DNA from: an uncultured virus (IMG/VR IMGVR_UViG_3300005095_000031)
Taxonomy: Duplodnaviria; Heunggongvirae; Uroviricota; Caudoviricetes
Length of the DNA: 64,000 nucleotides
IMG/VR virus record: IMGVR_UViG_3300005095_000031
Strand: one strand, 5' to 3'
Below, piece by piece: positions 47,857 through 57,159 of the stretch. The position numbers and the translations under genes were made by a program. Under the pieces are notes generated by a model. That model saw only the letters and a list, made by a program, of their open reading frames with translations, was not told the origin of the DNA and ran no database searches. Positions within the stretch are counted from its first letter, which is position 1, and each line of letters begins with the position of its first letter.

Positions 47857-48388
47857 CTCCTAGTAGCTCTTTTATGTCGATATTGCCATGCATATACTCT
47901 ATGATTTTATTTCTAAAATCAGAGATACCGGCAAATCTCACGGAAAACCCATCGTACCCCCTGACCAATGATGTTATTTTTCCCATCGCCGCATCTGCAA
48001 CAAGATAGTCCATATCGTCATCGTTCCTTGGAAGCCTTTTCCAATTGGCGTATATGAATGGAGTCTCAACATCATTCTCGTCCAGACCACATTCAATGCG
48101 CATTGTTATTCGCCCAACATCCCACAAATATTCCAGCTCTCTCCATTTATACAAAAATTCACTGATATCCTGACCTGCATCAATAAGCTTTTCACACAGC
48201 CTTTTTTCCATGTGCTCAGATATCATACACTCAGGATATGGGATGTCGCTCTTTGACACCTTGATTACTTTTTTGTTGAGTTTAACTTTTTCCTCAACAT
48301 CATCCCTGACTGATTTCAGGACTTCGTCTATCGCCTTTTTAATATCAATCATGCTGCCTCCTTTGCCTTGCTTGTCATTCTCCATCAT
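47840..48388 (-). CDS. Hypothetical protein
   Basis: 182-aa ORF. Confidence 0.6.
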   Translation of the reverse strand: MMENDKQGKGGSMIDIKKAIDEVLKSVRDDVEEKVKLNKKVIKVSKSDIPYPECMISEHMEKRLCEKLIDAGQDISEFLYKWRELEYLWDVGRITMRIECGLDENDVETPFIYANWKRLPRNDDDMDYLVADAAMGKITSLVRGYDGFSVRFAGISDFRNKIIEYMHGNIDIKELLGDDGAY

Positions 48389-48584
48389 ATGAAAGCTCCT
48401 TATACACCTTCATCATTGTATCGCTCTCACCAACACATCTATAGAGACAAATACCGTTTCCTGCAATTGCCTCTAGAGATGCGACCTCTCCCTTACGTTG
48501 ATATCTTATTGACGGATTTTTCATTGTTGATACAATTTCTTTAAATCTGTCAATATTAGATATCGTCCTTGTAATTTTTGTCAC
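48375..48584 (-). CDS. Hypothetical protein
   Basis: 69 aa, overlap-coupled. Confidence 0.5.
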   Translation of the reverse strand: MTKITRTISNIDRFKEIVSTMKNPSIRYQRKGEVASLEAIAGNGICLYRCVGESDTMMKVYKELSYDGE

Positions 48585-48789
48585 TAAAAGCCTCCCCGCT
48601 ACTTGATCTGAACCTAAGNNNNNNNNNNNNNNNNATAGGGTTTGATTCTATGCATTTTTCGGAGTCGAAAAAGTCAACCTCATTCACATTCAACGGAATG
48701 TAGTTGCCTATGTAACGCATACACCCACGTCTATGAATGCATCGATTCTCTTCGGCACCTATACATAGTCCAAACCTGTCAGTATCCAT
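48556..48789 (-). CDS. Cys-rich small protein spanning an assembly gap
   Basis: AGGAG RBS; N-run near 48619-48634 makes the C-terminus uncertain. Confidence 0.45.
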   Translation of the reverse strand: MDTDRFGLCIGAEENRCIHRRGCMRYIGNYIPLNVNEVDFFDSEKCIESNPXXXXXXLRFRSSSGEAFSDKNYKDDI

Positions 48790-48792
48790 GTT

Positions 48793-49242
48793 TTACTCCT
48801 GCACTCTTAAATACAATTTCGATACAGCCTTTGCCAGGCTTAAATCACTTTCGCTTGTGTCGCCATATATAGCTACCACATATTTTCTTGGTTTGTTCGC
48901 AAGTACAGTGATGTATATATTGTGCCCAAGATCTGCAATTTTTTCTACCACAACCCTGGCAAAATCATTTTCGCTCATATGGGTTTCGATAGGAGCCCCA
49001 TCTTCACGAAACCAAACCTTGCCATCATTGACGTATGCGTCATTGGATAGTTTGTATCCAAAAACATCTTCGAGAACCTTGTTCATTAATACTCCTAGTT
49101 TAATCCGTGGCGGATTACTCCGCATGCATACCATGCATAAAACACAATCAGAATTCCAACCATATGGTGAATCATCTGATCTATTCCTGGATAAATCCAG
49201 AATGAAGGTGTCTCTGGACCAACGCCACGTGTAGCCTTCCAT
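48793..49242 (-). CDS. Hypothetical protein (likely start MNKV near 49086)
   Basis: AGGAG RBS before the internal Met. Confidence 0.55.
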   Translation of the reverse strand: MEGYTWRWSRDTFILDLSRNRSDDSPYGWNSDCVLCMVCMRSNPPRIKLGVLMNKVLEDVFGYKLSNDAYVNDGKVWFREDGAPIETHMSENDFARVVVEKIADLGHNIYITVLANKPRKYVVAIYGDTSESDLSLAKAVSKLYLRVQE

Positions 49243-49523
49243 CTGTCTGTCACAAAATGGGTAACGACATCAAACAATGATGCATAGATAATCACAAGAG
49301 CTCCATATTTTGTCATACTGTCATTGCCGCACATCAGATCAAAATACACAGCCAATATAGCTACAGTTAGAGCCCCATGAACAGAAGCATGAGAAAGCAA
49401 CGGAAGGAACCATCTTTTTTTGCTCCCTTTGCCCATGTGCATATACATAGTCTGCATCGGATAGTCCGCAACGAAATGCTTCAGCTGAAATGCAAGTAGC
49501 AAAATTAAAACATCAATTGTCAT
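49095..49523 (-). CDS. DUF3307-like His-rich membrane protein
   Basis: KHFVADYPMQT, HASVHG, HFVTD.WK, G.DQMIH. Confidence 0.8.
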   Translation of the reverse strand: MTIDVLILLLAFQLKHFVADYPMQTMYMHMGKGSKKRWFLPLLSHASVHGALTVAILAVYFDLMCGNDSMTKYGALVIIYASLFDVVTHFVTDRWKATRGVGPETPSFWIYPGIDQMIHHMVGILIVFYAWYACGVIRHGLN

Positions 49524-49756
49524 TGTAAAACCTTTTCACTTTTCATGGCCTTAAATGTCTCCTCGATAAACCCATCATCATAATTCAATGAAAACGACAA
49601 CGGACACCTCTTGAATATTTCCCATTTCTCTCTTGCGTATCCTTCCGTTACGCTATGATTCAGTGCTTTCTCTATAAGTCTTTTGAACTTCTCGAAAAAC
49701 ACCCTGCTTGCCATATACCGCTCAAGAGCTTTCAGCTCCTTTAGACTCATCTTCAT
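49520..49756 (-). CDS. Hypothetical protein
   Basis: 78 aa. Confidence 0.55.
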   Translation of the reverse strand: MKMSLKELKALERYMASRVFFEKFKRLIEKALNHSVTEGYAREKWEIFKRCPLSFSLNYDDGFIEETFKAMKSEKVLQ

Positions 49757-50093
49757 TGTTATGTTCCTCTTCTATCTCTGGCACCGTTACGATTGCAAGT
49801 TTTCTGACAAGCTCTATAAACTCGTCATCTTTTGTTACGGCCCTCTCAAGATATGTTGCCAAATCAAGGGGGGTGTTAAATTCAAGGCCTGTTATAGCCT
49901 CCAAGATTGTTGCGAGTCTAAACTTTTCACTATCAGGAAGTTTAGACATAATACCCATTAGTGTAACATATGCAATCTTTCTTGCCTCTTCCTCTGTTGG
50001 GTCAGCGCCTTCAAGAAAGATTTCCTTCACCCTGTCATCGCTAAGCCCTACGCCTTCATGCGGTGTAGGAGCGCTCTTGTCAAGCATTATCAT
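49722..50093 (-). CDS. Hypothetical protein
   Basis: 123 aa, AAGGA RBS. Confidence 0.6.
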   Translation of the reverse strand: MIMLDKSAPTPHEGVGLSDDRVKEIFLEGADPTEEEARKIAYVTLMGIMSKLPDSEKFRLATILEAITGLEFNTPLDLATYLERAVTKDDEFIELVRKLAIVTVPEIEEEHNNEDESKGAESS

Positions 50094-50095
50094 TT

Positions 50096-50338
50096 TTATC
50101 CTTTCCTGTGTTTTGCTAATGCATCTTTATATTCATTGTGTATTTTTTGCCAAAGATCTACTTCATGAATAGGCCACCCGAAAGCACCAATTATAGCTCT
50201 TTGTCCTAGATAAAATTCCTTCTCTTTCACCCTTTTTAATGAACGCTCAATATAACTATCAAGCACTCTGTATTTACTCAATAGGTTTTCCAGAATATTG
50301 TTTTTTGATACTATCTCACGCAACTCAAGTTCTTCCAT
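50096..50338 (-). CDS. WxxxxxGxx(F/Y)W paralog family, divergent member
   Basis: NNILENLL...AFGW.....LW. Confidence 0.6.
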   Translation of the reverse strand: MEELELREIVSKNNILENLLSKYRVLDSYIERSLKRVKEKEFYLGQRAIIGAFGWPIHEVDLWQKIHNEYKDALAKHRKG

Positions 50339-50352
50339 TTACAACCTCGCTT

Positions 50353-50697
50353 TTATGTGTAACACCACATGAACTCAATATCTCTTCTTTTCCTTGATTC
50401 ATATTCTCTATGCACACCTCTCCACAAGGAAGCATCGCTTGACGTGATCCACAAAAATGAAAGCACCAATGGACTACCATCAGAAATTGATACAACATCT
50501 CTACCTCTTCTTAGAGCAGAATCAGCTCTCCAAAGATTATTCTCAAAAAACTAAAGAACGAGCCCCTTTTTTACAAGTATGTTCATTAATAGATTATCAT
50601 TTATAGATAAAAACGAATGAACAAGCCTTCTCTCGAAATTGTCAGCACCAGTATCGATCATGATCCCAAGCCTGTTTTCAAGATATTTTCGCATCAT
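50353..50697 (-). pseudogene. Paralog family member interrupted by in-frame TAG at 50551-50553
   Basis: NDNLLMNILVKKGLVL*FFENNLW...SFLW...LW continues in frame to TAA. Confidence 0.7.
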
Positions 50698-50734
50698 TGA
50701 AGCCTGATCTTACGATACTCCGTTTTCAAGATAA

Positions 50735-51091
50735 TCACATCAGTGAAAATTTTCCATAGCGCACCTCCATTAGCTTTATATATGAAGGCGAGGAAAAATG
50801 CCTGTAATTATTATGAAGCCTATACCAAAAACTATAACCATCTTTTGTACTTTTCCAGTCAAAAGCGTTAAGCATTGGGGAAGTGTCATACAACATGTTT
50901 AGAACATGCTCTCCTTCAAGAATTTCTCTAAAGAAATCGAACGTGGCATCATGAAGATTAAGTATCTTAATAAGCAGATTATCATTAGCACATAAATACG
51001 CATACTCCAACCGATCTTCTGCTCTGCTATCATTATTAAGCCCAAAATGAAATCCTGTAACTTTACATATAAAGTCTAGCTTCCCGTCCAT
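50735..51091 (-). CDS. WxxxxxGxx(F/Y)W paralog family
   Basis: NDNLLIKIL...AFDWKSTKDGYSFW. Confidence 0.7.
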   Translation of the reverse strand: MDGKLDFICKVTGFHFGLNNDSRAEDRLEYAYLCANDNLLIKILNLHDATFDFFREILEGEHVLNMLYDTSPMLNAFDWKSTKDGYSFWYRLHNNYRHFSSPSYIKLMEVRYGKFSLM

Positions 51092-51438
51092 ATAGGCTCC
51101 CTTGCGTTTATTTCAAATGAACCTTCTACAATATTCATTATCTTCCCCCAGAAAGTCTCCCCTTCAGGTGTCATGTCCCATGCAAACGCACACGAAACAA
51201 TATCAAACCTATCCCATCCTTCTGCAGGAAATGAATCATCTTCGCAGTAGAATACATTTCTATAGAAAGGCTCAAGTGCCTTTTCTTTTTCAAGTATATT
51301 GTTCAAAAGATTATTCCCTAATGCTTCATATGCAAGAATAATCTTTTCTCTGTAATTTAACGATAAATCTGATGGCTCTACGCAAAACCTGCGCATATGG
51401 CCAATGACATACTCCTCTATTTCTTCAAAAGATTCCAT
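51076..51438 (-). CDS. WxxxxxGxx(F/Y)W paralog family
   Basis: NNLLNNIL...AFAWDMTPEGETFW. Confidence 0.75.
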   Translation of the reverse strand: MESFEEIEEYVIGHMRRFCVEPSDLSLNYREKIILAYEALGNNLLNNILEKEKALEPFYRNVFYCEDDSFPAEGWDRFDIVSCAFAWDMTPEGETFWGKIMNIVEGSFEINAREPIWTGS

Positions 51439-51497
51439 TGTTTGCCTCCTTTCATCTTTATTTTTTATACCTAATCTTCAAAATATGACAAAGTGTC

Positions 51498-51722
51498 TTA
51501 TTCACTAAGACTCAACATGTCCATAAGAGGCATATCACTTGCATCTTTTCTAAGGAGAAGCCTAAAATATCTTTCCACAAGACCAAGCTTATTCAATGCA
51601 TGCATAGCTGAGTTATCTTGAAGAACCTTGATAGCAAATACGGCCCTTGCTCTTATCATGGCATCTTCCGACTCAAGTGCCTGCATTATGTCCATTCTTA
51701 TATCGTCCGTCAGCATCCCCAA
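51498..51722 (-). CDS. Truncated paralog family member
   Basis: DNSAMHALNKLGLVERYFR, lacks the Trp motif. Confidence 0.5.
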   Translation of the reverse strand: MGMLTDDIRMDIMQALESEDAMIRARAVFAIKVLQDNSAMHALNKLGLVERYFRLLLRKDASDMPLMDMLSLSE

Positions 51723-52063
51723 ACTCCAGCAAGTTTAGCAATATTAGAATTGAACCTTCCTACATACTCATTTTTCACTCTCTCCCAGAAGTAATCTCCT
51801 TCAATGCTTCCTCTCCATGTAAAGGCGGTACCGACTGGGTCGCAATGATCATATGGAGCAGGAAATTTACAATACACTACGTTCCTTATGTAACTCTCAA
51901 ATACATAGCGTTTATGAAGAATATTCATAAGAAGATTATTTTTCAAGGAACTATTTATAGTGCTAAGCACAACATCTTCCGCATGAGGATGTCTTTCTAT
52001 ATACTCAAAGCCAAACATGTTAGAAATGTCTTCTATTGATGGATTTTGATACTGTTGCATCAC
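51710..52063 (-). CDS. WxxxxxGxx(F/Y)W paralog family
   Basis: NNLLMNIL...AFTWRGSIEGDYFW. Confidence 0.75.
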   Translation of the reverse strand: MMQQYQNPSIEDISNMFGFEYIERHPHAEDVVLSTINSSLKNNLLMNILHKRYVFESYIRNVVYCKFPAPYDHCDPVGTAFTWRGSIEGDYFWERVKNEYVGRFNSNIAKLAGVWGC

Positions 52064-52434
52064 TACCTCCCAATGAACATTGAGCAGTAAAATCTTTCAC
52101 CTTCTTTTAGCCCTGACCTGTATGCAGCATCAAGGATATCGCAATAATTTTCTTTTGAGCAAAGGCTGCAGTCTTTATCGTTCACTATAACGATTGCGTT
52201 AAGCAGCAGCTTGTCAGTAACCTCCATCACCGTTCCTCCTGACCCAGGGTGGTATGCAAATGCTCTCCCCTCCTCATCCGGCTTCTCTTTTACCCATATA
52301 ATTGTGTCACTCCCATAAAGTGCACAAGGTATGTCCTTTGCCTGCTCTATTGTCGGAATACTCCAACATTCTCTTCGGCAAACCTCTTCAAGCTCATTCC
52401 TTGTGAATTTCCTCACCAGTGGCTTCATTCTCAT
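52063..52434 (-). CDS. Hypothetical protein with C-terminal Cys cluster
   Basis: CSLC....YC...YC. Confidence 0.6.
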   Translation of the reverse strand: MRMKPLVRKFTRNELEEVCRRECWSIPTIEQAKDIPCALYGSDTIIWVKEKPDEEGRAFAYHPGSGGTVMEVTDKLLLNAIVIVNDKDCSLCSKENYCDILDAAYRSGLKEGERFYCSMFIGR

Positions 52435-52672
52435 CTTCGTCCTTTATAAAATTGTCGCAGATACCAGTACTGGACACCTGCGTTTCAATCAATGTGCACA
52501 TATCGTCTTTAAAGTGCTTACAATATACGCACGCCTCTCCGGTAGCCAATATTTTTTCGTTGAGCGCATCAATTGTGATCTTGTACGCTTCTATCTTATG
52601 AGAGATTGCCTCCGCCTCCTCTATCAGGGCCAGCAGCTCAACCTCAAAGTTGTGTTTTACACTACGAATCAT
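52394..52672 (-). CDS. Coiled-coil protein with Cys cluster
   Basis: CVYCKHF...C...C. Confidence 0.6.
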   Translation of the reverse strand: MIRSVKHNFEVELLALIEEAEAISHKIEAYKITIDALNEKILATGEACVYCKHFKDDMCTLIETQVSSTGICDNFIKDEDENEATGEEIHKE

Positions 52673-53126
52673 CTTTTTTCCTTAGTGAGGGATTGTTTCT
52701 TAGGATAGCCTCCATGCTTTTGTCTATCCCGCTCCTGTTCGACTTTTCAATGTCTCCTTTGATATCGGATCCAAAGAATGAGTATGGATCATAGCTTCTT
52801 GTGAACAACTGCGTTCCATCGGGAGCCAAAATTGCCAGCACCTCACTAAGAGGAATATGACCTACATTTTCTTCACCGCCAAAAGCAGTCCTTATATAGA
52901 ATTCTTCCTTGCTATCGTCATAAAACGAAACCTCTCTTGTCCACTTTGATATTGAAATCAGCATAGGCTTCCCTGAGTTGATAACACTGTCAGGAATAGG
53001 ATTCTCCCAAAAGAAATTATTTGGCCTTATCACTATCCCATAGTCCCCAATGTCATCTACCATGCTTGCCAGAAAAGACAGAGCGTCTTCAGCTGCATCA
53101 ATGTACCTTATAGTATCGCTTTTCAT
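52662..53126 (-). CDS. SspB-like (ClpXP adaptor fold) protein
   Basis: PIP....PMLISI...FYIRTAFGG.....IPLSEVLAI resembles the SspB core; start re-placed at MKSD (TGATG overlap). Confidence 0.5.
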   Translation of the reverse strand: MKSDTIRYIDAAEDALSFLASMVDDIGDYGIVIRPNNFFWENPIPDSVINSGKPMLISISKWTREVSFYDDSKEEFYIRTAFGGEENVGHIPLSEVLAILAPDGTQLFTRSYDPYSFFGSDIKGDIEKSNRSGIDKSMEAILRNNPSLRKKDDS

Positions 53127-53494
53127 CAATATCCCCGGAAGACTTCTATGTGGTAAATGTACTCCCTGCATAACCCCCAATAGAAACGTCCTCCTCTTGA
53201 TGAATAATCCCATACAACAAGATAGTCAATATAGTTGACTTTTTCTGTTACATGTGATTTCTCTATCCTTTCAAAAAGCGCAAGAGCCTCTAGTATATGT
53301 TCTTGTCTTTCATGCATTGTTGCATATGAATCACGAAAGAATTCCTCAATGAAATCCTCGCCTCTTTTTTTCATAAATGAAGCGAATGAATTATCATAAA
53401 GGGCTCTATATAGCCCAAGAGCATCTTCGTTTTTGATATCGCTATTCATGTATGCGCTCTGCAAGCCTCTTTTGGCAGCTTCAACTATCCCCAT
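53126..53494 (-). CDS. Divergent WxxxxxG..YW paralog family member
   Basis: DNSFASFM...VWDYSSRGGRFYW; AAGGAG RBS before 53494. Confidence 0.6.
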   Translation of the reverse strand: MGIVEAAKRGLQSAYMNSDIKNEDALGLYRALYDNSFASFMKKRGEDFIEEFFRDSYATMHERQEHILEALALFERIEKSHVTEKVNYIDYLVVWDYSSRGGRFYWGLCREYIYHIEVFRGY

Positions 53495-53599
53495 ATCCAA
53501 CTCCTTAAAAAATAAGTATATACGATACACCTCTTTGCCAAAATAAGACAACTTGCGCATTGTTGTCTTTATCCATGCTAGACCTACGGTCTGCATATC

Positions 53600-53608
53600 T
53601 ATATACCA
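53600..53608 (-). promoter_or_regulatory. TGGTATATA promoter motif
   Basis: Exact motif. Confidence 0.65.
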
Positions 53609-53866
53609 TTTTTTATTAAAATCCTGGGATGCTTTTGGGAAGACCTGAAGACTGAAATTCTTCTACGGATTTTATTGGGGGAAATTTTGACATATCTATT
53701 TTGTATTTATCTTTTACTTTTTCGGCTGCACTAAAATCTATCTTCGGCTTTTCTGATAAGAAGTTGTTTGTTTTATTTAGGAAATTATTCATATCAAAAT
53801 TCTATCTAAAAAAATGACACAGGAATCAAGCATCCAATACTTTTGTGGATACTTAACTACTGTGCT

Positions 53867-54118
53867 TCAAGCGAAAATAGCCTTTGCCTGCATGCTTGCC
53901 CAGAAATCAATACCCTCAGCACTATCATTCCAACAGAAAGAAACAAGTATTTTTTCAGAAGCAGACCTTTTCTTGTTGGCATATTTTTTCTCTCCTGACA
54001 ACCTCAGAATATTATCAAAGAATCTGTTCTCAGCATTATTTTCTCTTAAAACCTTCATGAGAACATCATCTTTTAAACAGTCTGCGATAAATTCCTTTGC
54101 CGTTATCTCGTAGCTCAT
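53867..54118 (-). CDS. WxxxxxGxx(F/Y)W paralog family
   Basis: ENRFFDNIL...SFCWNDSAEGIDFW. Confidence 0.75.
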   Translation of the reverse strand: MSYEITAKEFIADCLKDDVLMKVLRENNAENRFFDNILRLSGEKKYANKKRSASEKILVSFCWNDSAEGIDFWASMQAKAIFA

Positions 54119-54143
54119 TGATGCTCCTTTGAATCAAAAATAA

Positions 54144-54416
54144 TCATAGCTCCCATTCAAGTTCTTGCATTCTTTCCGCAACGCTCTTATTCACACTATA
54201 CCAATAATCATACCCCTCGTCAGTTCTTCCCCATATCAAAAAGATATCTACTGCGTGGTGCAAAGTCAGTGGCCTTCTATCGGCATTTCTACCATATTTC
54301 ATTATGGCATTATAGAAGTTGTTCTGAGCACGAACTTCATCCAATGCAATGTTGAACTCCTTGTCTGACAACAAATACTCAATGAGGTCCTTTTTCCCTG
54401 CTGGTATCATTGGCAC
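54144..54416 (-). CDS. WxxxxxGxx(F/Y)W paralog family
   Basis: QNNFYNAIM...LIWGRTDEGYDYW. Confidence 0.7.
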   Translation of the reverse strand: MPMIPAGKKDLIEYLLSDKEFNIALDEVRAQNNFYNAIMKYGRNADRRPLTLHHAVDIFLIWGRTDEGYDYWYSVNKSVAERMQELEWEL

Positions 54417-54418
54417 TC

Positions 54419-54625
54419 CTATATATTTCCGTCAAAATCGTCACATACTGTCGCCTTCTCAAATCCCTCTATTGCAAACACAGCACCCCAAAACCCAAGC
54501 GTAAATTGACACAACTCATCATTTGACAGATAGGTTGAAAATCCAAGCGCTACAGCAATCATAAGCATCACGTATCCTACGTTTCGCACACTTTTTACAT
54601 TTTCCATTTTTTTAAACCTCCTCAA
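54419..54625 (-). CDS. Small two-TM protein
   Basis: Two hydrophobic stretches. Confidence 0.55.
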   Translation of the reverse strand: MRRFKKMENVKSVRNVGYVMLMIAVALGFSTYLSNDELCQFTLGFWGAVFAIEGFEKATVCDDFDGNI

Positions 54626-54887
54626 GTTTTCTGATAAATCTTTCTCTCGCCTTCCTGATGAACTTTTTATCTACATCGCATATCCTGCATGTGTCAAGTT
54701 CAAACCTATCCCCATGTCTGAAGATGATATTGAACTGCTCATCAACAAGCATAACCTCAACCCTGTATCCATCTTTGTCTTTAATGCGAATCTTCATCTT
54801 AGACTCACGACCATCTGCAAACTCCGCAGACATAAGCATATGTTCATATGCACCAACTGCCTTCATGATATTTTTTACCATTCCCAT
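54612..54887 (-). CDS. Hypothetical protein
   Basis: AAGGA RBS. Confidence 0.6.
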   Translation of the reverse strand: MGMVKNIMKAVGAYEHMLMSAEFADGRESKMKIRIKDKDGYRVEVMLVDEQFNIIFRHGDRFELDTCRICDVDKKFIRKARERFIRKLEEV

Positions 54888-54897
54888 ATCAATTCCT

Positions 54898-55146
54898 TTA
54901 CAGATACATTAAACTTGATTTCTCAAACAGCTCACGCCAATAAGCATCGCCTTCAATTGTTTGATCCCATGAAAATGCTTGAGAAATAAGAGATGGAACT
55001 TCATTTGTAGACGGATACCTGTCGTATGGAGCTTTAATAATATTATGGAAAAACGAGTTTTCACATTTATTATCCCTCAAAAACTCCAACAAGTCATCAT
55101 TCTCCATACAGATCTTTATGAACTCATCTTTTGTTACACGCATCAT
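54898..55146 (-). CDS. WxxxxxGxx(F/Y)W paralog family
   Basis: CENSFFHNII...AFSWDQTIEGDAYW. Confidence 0.75.
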   Translation of the reverse strand: MMRVTKDEFIKICMENDDLLEFLRDNKCENSFFHNIIKAPYDRYPSTNEVPSLISQAFSWDQTIEGDAYWRELFEKSSLMYL

Positions 55147-55152
55147 ATGTCC

Positions 55153-55422
55153 TTAAAATGGAATATCAAATTGAGTTTTTCCAAAAACCAACATCAGCCT
55201 GCTATCAACGTGAGCCCAGAAGTCAATTCCTTCAGGAGTTGCACCCCAGGGAAATGCAACTCTTATAATATCCTCTGGAGCAAAGCTATCTGGATAGCTC
55301 GTCCGCTCAACCTTCATAATGTTGCGAAAAAACTGATTCTCGCACTTCATTTCCTGAAGAACCTCCATGAGGCCCATGTTATTGCTGCACCTTTTCACAA
55401 ATTCCGCTTTTGAAATGTTCAT
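55153..55422 (-). CDS. WxxxxxGxx(F/Y)W paralog family
   Basis: CENQFFRNIM...AFPWGATPEGIDFW. Confidence 0.75.
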   Translation of the reverse strand: MNISKAEFVKRCSNNMGLMEVLQEMKCENQFFRNIMKVERTSYPDSFAPEDIIRVAFPWGATPEGIDFWAHVDSRLMLVFGKTQFDIPF

Positions 55423-55682
55423 GATGATCCCTCAAGCGAAATGCGTATAGTCAAATCAGATGAAACACTAGACCAGAAGGATAATCCTTCGGGAGAGCCT
55501 ATCCATGAAAACGAAATCCTAACCGTATCATCCATATCATAGTCTTCAATATATGAATCTGGCCCCATTTTAATAATATTGTGAAAAAACCTGTTTCCGC
55601 AATTGTTCTTTTGCAGTACATCAATTAACACCTTGTCTGCAGCGCACCTCCTTACGAACTCATTCTTTGATATGTATCCCAT
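55419..55682 (-). CDS. WxxxxxGxx(F/Y)W paralog family
   Basis: CGNRFFHNII...SFSWIGSPEGLSFW. Confidence 0.75.
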   Translation of the reverse strand: MGYISKNEFVRRCAADKVLIDVLQKNNCGNRFFHNIIKMGPDSYIEDYDMDDTVRISFSWIGSPEGLSFWSSVSSDLTIRISLEGSS

Positions 55683-55748
55683 TATTGCCTCCTGTGCAAA
55701 AATACTAAAAGAAAAGCCCGAAAGCTCCTCTGTTAGTACTTACCACAT

Positions 55749-56141
55749 TTAGTGTGGCAAGTACACCTTAAACGGACACTTGAATCTTCTGGTGGCAATG
55801 CTTGCCATCCTGTCCTGAATCTCGCCTTCTGTATCAATATGCACAATGACATATTCATGAAGACTTTTGTCGATAAGATTCCCCATCTTCTCAAGAAGCT
55901 CGACGGCAAGCAGGCCCATAGTAGAGATTTCGTCAAAAGCGCTTCCATTTCTGTCACCTTCCGCAACCAGTCCGAATGTAAGCTGAACACTTATGTTTTC
56001 TCCATTCGGGATGATGGAAGCGGTCAGCTCGTAGAAATTTCCTGACATCGATACACTACTGTCGTAAAACTCTCCAACTGGGAGCTTTATCACATCTGCT
56101 CCAGGAATCTCTTCGTCGTCATATACGAAAATTTTTCTCAC
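55749..56141 (-). CDS. Hypothetical protein
   Basis: 130 aa, GTGA overlap. Confidence 0.6.
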   Translation of the reverse strand: MRKIFVYDDEEIPGADVIKLPVGEFYDSSVSMSGNFYELTASIIPNGENISVQLTFGLVAEGDRNGSAFDEISTMGLLAVELLEKMGNLIDKSLHEYVIVHIDTEGEIQDRMASIATRRFKCPFKVYLPH

Positions 56142-56416
56142 CTGAACCCTCCATCGTTCTTATTGTCAGTGAAGCCTTTTTTCTTGAAAATCCTGTCTGT
56201 CAGAGACATAAGATAATCAAATAAGGCAAACCACGCCAGACTAAACAGTATTGCTACCGGGACAACAAGCCCACACCAGCTACAGAGTACGAGGATTGCG
56301 GACCAAGGCATTGCAAGTTTAAACTCACCAGCACCAATCTCATCAGAAATCCATCCATTCCAAAGGCGCACAAGAATGAACATCACCAGTACTCCAGAAA
56401 TGTAAAACCACATCAT
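56138..56416 (-). CDS. Membrane protein
   Basis: Hydrophobic helices. Confidence 0.6.
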   Translation of the reverse strand: MMWFYISGVLVMFILVRLWNGWISDEIGAGEFKLAMPWSAILVLCSWCGLVVPVAILFSLAWFALFDYLMSLTDRIFKKKGFTDNKNDGGFR

Positions 56417-57159
56417 GTGCTCCTTTGGAAGTCGATAAACCCTTTGATGTCGTCAATGGGCATATTCATGTACACCTCTTCCGGCCCGACGTGAACGACT
56501 CTTTCTGAAATAGCTTCAGCAAGCTTTTTTACCTTCCTTCTTTTGCTCCACGTCAGCTCTGAGTAGCCTTCGATATTTCTGAGAGATTCGCACTTCTTCA
56601 GGATTCTATATCCTTCAGGCGTATTTGCTCTAGCCTCAATGATATCTGTTTTCACAAGAGGATTACTTCTACCTGTAACCCCAAGCCTACACAGTTCGCT
56701 AGACACATCATTGAGATTAATTCTTCCTGAGTGCCCTCCGATGATTTTCATCAGTCGGCTAATATCAACGTCCTGCATATCTATGTACTCCCCAAACTCA
56801 TCAATGATCATATCTCTGAGTTTAGAGTACCCGGAACCAACAGAGAGGCGTGCAATTTCTGACGCACTGTACACTTTCCCCATGTAAAGTCCGTTTACTT
56901 TCCCGGAGTCCTTGAACATGGTTTTCAGCAGCTTGAGCGGAATTCCGTACTTGAAGGCAATCACACTATTTGGAAGATGGTTTACCTTCATATCAGTAAC
57001 GATATAAGGCTCCATTTCCTTTATGGCATCGTCTGTTTTGTAGTTGTATCTTTTTTCGATGCATGGTGTGACTTTACCAGCAATAAGCTCAGCATTTTCA
57101 CGATCCTCCTGCCGAAGCAGGAAGGCATTCCCTTTATTGATCTTCATGATACATCCCAT
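56413..57159 (-). CDS. Hypothetical protein
   Basis: 248 aa. Confidence 0.65.
   Translation of the reverse strand: MGCIMKINKGNAFLLRQEDRENAELIAGKVTPCIEKRYNYKTDDAIKEMEPYIVTDMKVNHLPNSVIAFKYGIPLKLLKTMFKDSGKVNGLYMGKVYSASEIARLSVGSGYSKLRDMIIDEFGEYIDMQDVDISRLMKIIGGHSGRINLNDVSSELCRLGVTGRSNPLVKTDIIEARANTPEGYRILKKCESLRNIEGYSELTWSKRRKVKKLAEAISERVVHVGPEEVYMNMPIDDIKGFIDFQRST

Noticed and set aside
48619..48634. N-run inside an ORF
   Set aside because: Assembly gap, not biological
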